In this document: positions 28,614 through 33,851 of the stretch, one piece after another
Numbering within the stretch: position 1 is the first letter of the stretch
Layout of the letters: every line of letters begins with the position of its first letter
Source: Calditrichia bacterium
GTDB taxonomy: Bacteria > Calditrichota > Calditrichia > RBG-13-44-9
Length of the DNA: 33,851 nt
Direction: 5' to 3'
Assembly: GCA_027039625.1 (NCBI GenBank)
Contig: JALWDQ010000633.1
Coordinates: forward strand, 1-33,851
Made by a program: the position numbers and the translations under genes
The notes under the pieces: model-generated
Told to the model about the DNA's origin: nothing
Databases searched by the model: none
The model's input: only the letters and a program-made list of their open reading frames with translations

Positions 28614-29738
28614 ATGACTGCATTGGAAAATGAAAATAATCGTGCTCCACTGGAATGGCATTGGGAAGGCAATGTGCTATTCTTGAAAGGAAAACTTACT
28701 TTACCGGCGATAGAAACATACCAGAAAACATTATTTCGGGAACTGCTGGATGTTCCTGTCAATTCGATTGAAATCTCGCTGAGCCAGGTAGAACGAATAG
28801 ACAGCACGGGAGTTGCCGTGCTGGAAGAAATGCGGCGGCAATTGCAACGGAAAGGAAAGACGCTTCAATTGGTTCAGGTGCCAGACCATTTGCATGCGGC
28901 TTTAAAGATGTTTGCATTACCATCCGAAGGTGAGGAGCCTGCCGCCCCCCGGGAATCCTGGATCGAGCGGCTGGGTGAAGCGGTTTATCAGTTCTGGACG
29001 GTGGATTTTGTTCAATTTCTTTATTTGATGGCGGATATTTTTTACTGGTCTCTTGCCGAGCTGTTGGGCAAAAGGCAGCGCCGAAAAGGGGAATTCGTAA
29101 ATCAAGTGGTGTTAATGGGTGCCAATGCTGTACCCATTGTGGGCACCATTGCACTGCTCATCGGACTGGTTGTGGCATTGCAATCGGCTGCCCAATTGCG
29201 TCAGTTCGGTGCGAATGTTTACGTGGCAGACCTCATCGCCATTAGCATGGTGCAGGAGATGGGTCCTTTACTCACGGCAATTGTTGTTGCCGGTCGCAGC
29301 GGCTCGGCAATCGCTTCGGAAGTGGGAACCATGGTCATCACCGAAGAAGTGGATGCGCTGAAAACCATGGCCATTTCCCCGGTACGATACCTGATCATCC
29401 CCAAAATTCATGCCTTGCTTCTCTCGCTGCCTTTGTTAACTATGCTGGCTAATTTCCTGGGAATCCTGGGCGGAACAATTGTCGGTTATTTTTATCTGGA
29501 TATTTCTCCCTATGTCTTTTACCATCGCATGGTTCAGGTTCTGGAATTTCGTGATTTGTTTACGGGATTTGTGAAAAGTCTGGTCTTTGCAGGGCTAATT
29601 GTGATTACCGGCAGTTTTTACGGATTTCGGGTACAGGGAGGCCCGGAAGGAGTGGGACGGGTAACCACAGCTTCGGTGGTAACGGCGATTTTTCTGGTGA
29701 TTCTGGCAGACAGCTTTTTGGGGTTGCTGTTTTATTAA
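28614..29738 (+). CDS. mlaE: MlaE-family ABC permease with N-terminal STAS (MlaB-like) domain
   Basis: The N-terminal roughly 100 aa resembles STAS/anti-sigma-antagonist (IDSTGVAVLEEMRRQLQRKGKTLQLV). The C-terminal part is an MlaE permease (EMGPLLTAIVVAGRSGSAIASEVGTM). ATG at 28614; the ORF-track TTG at 28596 is less likely. Confidence 0.85.
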   Translation: MTALENENNRAPLEWHWEGNVLFLKGKLTLPAIETYQKTLFRELLDVPVNSIEISLSQVERIDSTGVAVLEEMRRQLQRKGKTLQLVQVPDHLHAALKMFALPSEGEEPAAPRESWIERLGEAVYQFWTVDFVQFLYLMADIFYWSLAELLGKRQRRKGEFVNQVVLMGANAVPIVGTIALLIGLVVALQSAAQLRQFGANVYVADLIAISMVQEMGPLLTAIVVAGRSGSAIASEVGTMVITEEVDALKTMAISPVRYLIIPKIHALLLSLPLLTMLANFLGILGGTIVGYFYLDISPYVFYHRMVQVLEFRDLFTGFVKSLVFAGLIVITGSFYGFRVQGGPEGVGRVTTASVVTAIFLVILADSFLGLLFY

Positions 29739-29793
29739 TGAATTGAGGCAGGAAAGCATTGGAACAGGAAAATAAGAGGGTTCTGGAAATAGA

Positions 29794-30549
29794 ATGGAGA
29801 AGTCTGCACCCATTATTCGGGTAGAAAATTTGTTTGCCCGCTTCCAAAAACGGGTAATCTTAAAGAATGTAACCTTCCAGGTATATCCCAACGAAATTGC
29901 CGTAATTCTGGGAACCAGCGGGTGCGGAAAAACCACCGTACTCAAACACCTGATGGGATTGTATCCGGTGCAGCGAGGCGATGTCTGGTTAATGGAACAC
30001 CATCTGAACGATATTTCCGATTACGAATACCAGAAACTGGTGCGTCAGGTGGGTGTGTTGTTCCAGAATGGTGCACTGTTAAATTCCCTGACGGTGGCAG
30101 AAAATGTGGCCATTCCGCTGGAACAACACACCCGGTTATCCGAATCGGTCATCGATTATCTGGTGAGGGTGAAATTACGATTAGTAGAATTGAGTGAAGC
30201 ATACTATCTGTATCCGGCACAGCTTTCGGGAGGTATGCGTAAGCGGGCAGCTCTGGCTCGTGCACTGGCTCTGGATCCGCCCCTACTTTTTTGTGATGAA
30301 CCTTCGGCGGGATTGGATCCCATTACCCTCCGTGCGCTGGACGATCTTTTCCTGATGTTGAAAAATCAATTAGGAATTACCATCGTTATGGTAACCCACG
30401 AAATTCCCAGTATTTTGCGCCTGGCGGACCGCGTTATTTTTCTCCATCAGGGAGAGGTCATCTTCAACGGTTCCCTGCAGGATGCCCTTTCCCGATCTCC
30501 TCAACCCGTTCAACACTTTTTCCAGGAAGGGCTTCCCAATCCAGAATAA
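29794..30549 (+). CDS. mlaF: MlaF-type ABC transporter ATP-binding protein
   Basis: Walker A GTSGCGKTT, signature LSGGMRKR, Walker B LLFCDEPSAGLDP. Confidence 0.9.
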   Translation: MEKSAPIIRVENLFARFQKRVILKNVTFQVYPNEIAVILGTSGCGKTTVLKHLMGLYPVQRGDVWLMEHHLNDISDYEYQKLVRQVGVLFQNGALLNSLTVAENVAIPLEQHTRLSESVIDYLVRVKLRLVELSEAYYLYPAQLSGGMRKRAALARALALDPPLLFCDEPSAGLDPITLRALDDLFLMLKNQLGITIVMVTHEIPSILRLADRVIFLHQGEVIFNGSLQDALSRSPQPVQHFFQEGLPNPE

Positions 30550-30581
30550 ACTTTACTTATCCCAGCTTTTCAAAGAAGCGA

Positions 30582-32105
30582 TTACGATTCAATCTCCCGA
30601 AGTTCCTGCTCAATTCGTTTAACCACTTCTGCTTTGCGAAACAGGGAAATAAATTCATCGGGTGTTTCTGCCATCAACAATTTGCTGCGAATTTCTCCAT
30701 CCCGCAGAATACTGGCGATATTCGCCAGGGTTTGCAGGTGGCAGAGCCGCCGATTGGGAGAACTCACCACAGCAAAAATTAAATTTACCGGTTGGCCATC
30801 CGGGGAGTTAAACAATACCGGCACTTGTGGACGGTAAGCGATCACCCGCATCCGATTAATTATAGGAGAGATGACGTGCGGTACGGCAATCCCCGAACCG
30901 ATCCCGGTACTCAATGTGTTCTCCCTCCGGAAAAATTCGTGCACCAGCTGGGCATAGTTGGTGGTAATATTTAAATCCGCGAGCAGTTGACTGATTTCCT
31001 GCAAAATAGTTTCTTTACTGCGTGCTTTTCCATCCAGCACGATGAGAGAAGGCTCCATGAACTGACTCACCGAAACGAAGCGCACTCGCCGTTGTTTGCG
31101 GATTTCTTCCAGCAAAATTAAGTCTTCCTCACCCAGATTCCGTTTTTTCTGGTAGGCGGGCAGTAATATAATGGGAGCACGTTCGATTTCGTTGATTTCG
31201 GTTATTTCAATATCGTAGTATCCCAGTTCGTGGCGCACTGTGGTCATTAACTGGTTTCGAAGCGTATCCAGCAGGAAGAGCTTTCCCTGTTGTTCTGCCC
31301 GGATGAACATCACTCGCAAAATACCAAACGCCATTTTACGTAGAGCATCCAGTTGCTGATTGCGATGAATGCGGCATTTTAAATCCACCTGTGCCATGCA
31401 GGAGAGCCCAAATCGACTTTCGATGTCGATAAGCATTCCGGTTTCCACCCCGTATCCTGTAAAGAAGGGGATACGTTCCAGCAGTTCCCGGCGTCCGGCG
31501 TATTCACCAGAAAGGGGTTGATTGAACAGAGCCAGTTGCGGAAAGAGCAGGTTGAAGAGGGGTTTGGCCAGTATTTCAGTAACCCGTCCTCCACCCGTAG
31601 GAGCAAGCTTCATCCCCACCTTTATGGGACGCCGATAAAATCCTTTCACAAAAGAAATCTCGTGATGATAGAGTAGGGGACCGACCAATCCGGTAACGAA
31701 ATGCACATCCATATTGCGGATATCGCTGTCCAGCCAAACAATAATATCACCTCGTGTTACATACAAACTTTTCCAGAGGTTTTCCCCTTTTCCCCGATAA
31801 TCCCCTGTTTCCGGGAGTATCTCCGAGCTTAAATAAACGGTTGCTCCGGCTTTTCGGGCAATTTCCCGCGTACCATCGATGGAACCGCTATCCACAACCA
31901 CAATTTCGTCCAGCAGAGGGTAGCGGTCCATAAGCTGTTTTTTTAGTTTCTTAACAATCTTACCAATCGTAGCAGATTCGTTGAGGGTGGGTAAGCATAA
32001 ACTAATGCTTAGCTTTTGTTTCTCCTTCCGTCTAATAAGTTCGGGAATATTGTTGAATTGTGTGTATGAAAACGTACGTGTTTTAACCCAGGTATTTAAG
32101 TCCAT
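30582..32105 (-). CDS. glucosyl-3-phosphoglycerate synthase-like GT81/GT2 glycosyltransferase fused to a C-terminal PTS EIIA (fructose/nitrogen type, PtsN-like) domain
   Basis: GpgS-like motifs: LPTLNESATIG, VVVDSGSIDGT, GKGENLWKS, LDSDI, GGGRVTEILAKPL and QPLSGEYAGRRELLE. EIIA-2 motifs: GIGSGIAVPH and LIFAVVSS. The ATG at 32105 has a perfect SD (aaggag) 7 nt upstream, so the ORF-track TTG at 32129 is unlikely. Confidence 0.8.
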   Translation of the reverse strand: MDLNTWVKTRTFSYTQFNNIPELIRRKEKQKLSISLCLPTLNESATIGKIVKKLKKQLMDRYPLLDEIVVVDSGSIDGTREIARKAGATVYLSSEILPETGDYRGKGENLWKSLYVTRGDIIVWLDSDIRNMDVHFVTGLVGPLLYHHEISFVKGFYRRPIKVGMKLAPTGGGRVTEILAKPLFNLLFPQLALFNQPLSGEYAGRRELLERIPFFTGYGVETGMLIDIESRFGLSCMAQVDLKCRIHRNQQLDALRKMAFGILRVMFIRAEQQGKLFLLDTLRNQLMTTVRHELGYYDIEITEINEIERAPIILLPAYQKKRNLGEEDLILLEEIRKQRRVRFVSVSQFMEPSLIVLDGKARSKETILQEISQLLADLNITTNYAQLVHEFFRRENTLSTGIGSGIAVPHVISPIINRMRVIAYRPQVPVLFNSPDGQPVNLIFAVVSSPNRRLCHLQTLANIASILRDGEIRSKLLMAETPDEFISLFRKAEVVKRIEQELREIES

Positions 32106-32719
32106 TGCACACTCCTTCTTTTTGGGCAATTGGACATCCCTGTGATTAAATATCCCTTTTGCGCGAGGACCGTGAATTTCTTTTTGCGACGCGTCGTAAT
32201 CTCTATTGAATAAAACTTTCCGCGTGAGGTAGAGTTCCCGTATTAGAGAAAACGAAGTGATGAACCAATGACAAATTTTGAAAATAAAAATTTTGTTCTA
32301 AATCATATTCGGAAGAAAATTGGAAAACTAAATTAAAATGTGATGAAAATTTAGTCAGTTGCAGCGCAAATTTCGACAATCAGAAAAATTAGCATAAAAA
32401 GCCATAATTTTGTAACATCTTGTTTTTAATGAATATATGCTTTAATAGAAATTTTCAGGAATTGGGAAATTAAATGGCATGAAAGTTGTACAATATAATA
32501 GCAGAAGATGAATGGAGTGTAAAGATGTTAACGTCGAGAGATCAGATTAAGAAGATTTTTGAATTTCAGAAACGAAAGTCTCAAGAGTTAAAACGTCAGG
32601 TAACACATTCGTAGGCTCTGGCGCTCTGGTTAACGCAGAAATTGGTGGGGGAGCGTGGTAAAAAGAAAATGGAAAAATCATCTACCGAATTGTTCATTTA
32701 TTAGTAAAGGAGCAAGGAA

Positions 32720-32902
32720 ATGAATCAGAATAGCGATTTTCAAAGACGCCAACTGGATGCCATACAGAATTACTATTTAATGATGAAACATCGGATGAAA
32801 AAGAATATATCCCTGACGGATGCCATTATTTCCTGGTTTACGGAAGGGTATGCAGAGAAATTTCGGGAAGAGTATTTCCGTCAAAATACATTTGCCTCAT
32901 AG
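32720..32902 (+). CDS. hypothetical 60-aa protein
   Basis: ATG preceded by SD aaggag at about -8. A strong terminator lies about 60 nt downstream. No recognisable domain. Confidence 0.4.
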   Translation: MNQNSDFQRRQLDAIQNYYLMMKHRMKKNISLTDAIISWFTEGYAEKFREEYFRQNTFAS

Positions 32903-32962
32903 AGAGAGTTTCATAGGGCCTCCTTACCTTCAGGGATGAAATAGTTCTCCTCCTATCGACCG

Positions 32963-32995
32963 GGCCGGCACTGAAAAGTGCTGGCCTTATTTTTT
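32963..32995 (+). terminator. Rho-independent terminator
   Basis: A 10-bp stem pairs ggccggcact (32963-32972) with agtgctggcc (32977-32986), with one G-U pair. Loop gaaa, then ttatttttt. It overlaps the yjbQ stop codon on the opposite strand. Confidence 0.6.
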
Positions 32996-33409
32996 ACCAA
33001 TGAATTGAACTATTAACCGTCGGTGGCGGCTGCGGTTATCGAAGTCCAGAAAAATAATCTGTTGCCAGGTTCCCAACAACAAACGTCCTTTACGAAATGG
33101 AACGGTAAGTGAGGGTTTAAGAAGAGCAGCACGCAAATGGGCGTATCCATTACCGTCGTGCCAGGTGTTATCGTGATGGTAGGACTTTCGCATGGGGATG
33201 ATTTGTTCCAGAAATTCCGGTAAATCCCGGAGTAATCCCGGCTCGTATTCGATGGTTGTTAAAGCACCGGTACTTCCGGGAACGAAAATGGTAACCTGTC
33301 CTTCCTGAAACTGATGTTTCTGTAATAAATCACTCACCTGAGGGGTGATATCAATAATGTCGGTAAATCCTCTGGTTTGTAATTCAAGCTCTTCTGTAAG
33401 GATTTCCAT
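32987..33409 (-). CDS. yjbQ: YjbQ/UPF0047 family protein (secondary thiamine-phosphate synthase-like)
   Basis: Typical family sequence (ITPQV...G.V.IFVPGSTGALTT.EYEPGL..D......P....Y.H..TW.DGNG.AH....LL.PS...P...G.L.LGTWQ.I...). Confidence 0.85.
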   Translation of the reverse strand: MEILTEELELQTRGFTDIIDITPQVSDLLQKHQFQEGQVTIFVPGSTGALTTIEYEPGLLRDLPEFLEQIIPMRKSYHHDNTWHDGNGYAHLRAALLKPSLTVPFRKGRLLLGTWQQIIFLDFDNRSRHRRLIVQFIGKK

Positions 33410-33851
33410 TACTCATCTTTCTCCAGAATTTTATTCAAATCATAAGCAGTTCCGTTAGGTAAGTCCTGTGCGGTAAAATGAATTCCCCGGGACATCAGTT
33501 CTCGAAACTGTTGGACTTCTTCCCGGGAGAGGAACACGTAGGGAAGATATTGATGCCGATTCTCTTTAAAATGTATTCCACCTATATTCACTTCCTGAAT
33601 AGGCACCTGCTGTTCTACCAATTGAATTAAGGTATCCACTGAACGTAATAAGATTAGAGTTAAGTGTTCTTCCTGCATCCAGGATCTGGATTTTTCAGCA
33701 CATTCGGATACGGAAAGAATTTCAACGGGAATATCTGAAGGCGCTGCAATCAAAAGCAGGTTCTTTTCCCACTCATTTTGTGCAATTTCATCATCGCATA
33801 CCACCAGACGTTTAATGGGGAGTTGACTGCACCAACCAACAATCACCTGTC
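33409..33851 (-). CDS. PTS mannose/sorbose-type EIIB domain protein (N-terminus lies outside the window)
   Basis: The frame is open to the window edge (..GQVIVGWCSQLPIKRLVVCDDEIAQN...VNIGGIHFKE..). Its TAA stop codon shares one nt with the yjbQ ATG. Confidence 0.7.
   Translation of the reverse strand, partial: QVIVGWCSQLPIKRLVVCDDEIAQNEWEKNLLLIAAPSDIPVEILSVSECAEKSRSWMQEEHLTLILLRSVDTLIQLVEQQVPIQEVNIGGIHFKENRHQYLPYVFLSREEVQQFRELMSRGIHFTAQDLPNGTAYDLNKILEKDE

Noticed and set aside
32106-32129. TTG start at 32129 for the GpgS-EIIA gene
   Set aside because: That extension contains the SD sequence itself (aaggag), 7 nt upstream of the ATG at 32105. The ATG is the far better start.

Overview
33.9-kb window from a diderm (LPS-containing) bacterium. 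The phylum cannot be fixed from sequence alone. Core genes sit at roughly 50-57% G+C in the 60-nt lines I hand-counted. From left to right the window holds:
- the 3' end of rpsA, with a long Lys/Glu-rich tail;
- a lipoprotein, a cytoplasmic GAF histidine kinase and a GT-B glycosyltransferase;
- a 1.28-kb non-coding stretch packed with short repeats;
- a long co-directional envelope cluster, gatC-kdsB-pyrG-(zinc-ribbon ORF)-kdsA-kdsC-kdsD-lptC-lptA-like-lptB. This is the complete CMP-Kdo pathway, a CTP supply and the LPS export components;
- an SRPBCC protein and a chemoreceptor with a C-terminal CZB zinc domain;
- PPi-phosphofructokinase on the minus strand;
- a low-G+C five-gene accessory islet;
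- an envelope-sugar group (nucleotidyltransferase, UDP-xylose synthase, a Wzi-like outer-membrane protein, a DmpA/S58 peptidase);
- an MCE/Mla lipid-transport operon (MlaD, PqiC-like lipoprotein, STAS-MlaE fusion, MlaF);
- a glucosyl-3-phosphoglycerate-synthase-like glycosyltransferase fused to a PTS EIIA domain;
- a small ORF, yjbQ and a truncated mannose-type PTS EIIB.

No rRNA, tRNA, CRISPR array, transposase or integrase was seen.

The best candidate for an undescribed system is the AT-rich islet at about 18.4-22.2 kb. It has two modules. The first is a translationally coupled trio: a TIGR04255-like protein, a small acidic protein and a HEPN-like protein. The second is an ABC-type ATPase coupled to a DUF4276 (TOPRIM-like) protein. 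This looks like a defence or toxin-antitoxin islet that I cannot match to a named system.

Two other items are worth following up. One is the triplicated composite repeat at 4.47-5.58 kb, made of AAATTCC heptamer arrays plus ATTCGTG iteron-like clusters with conserved spacing. The other is the GpgS-EIIA fusion.
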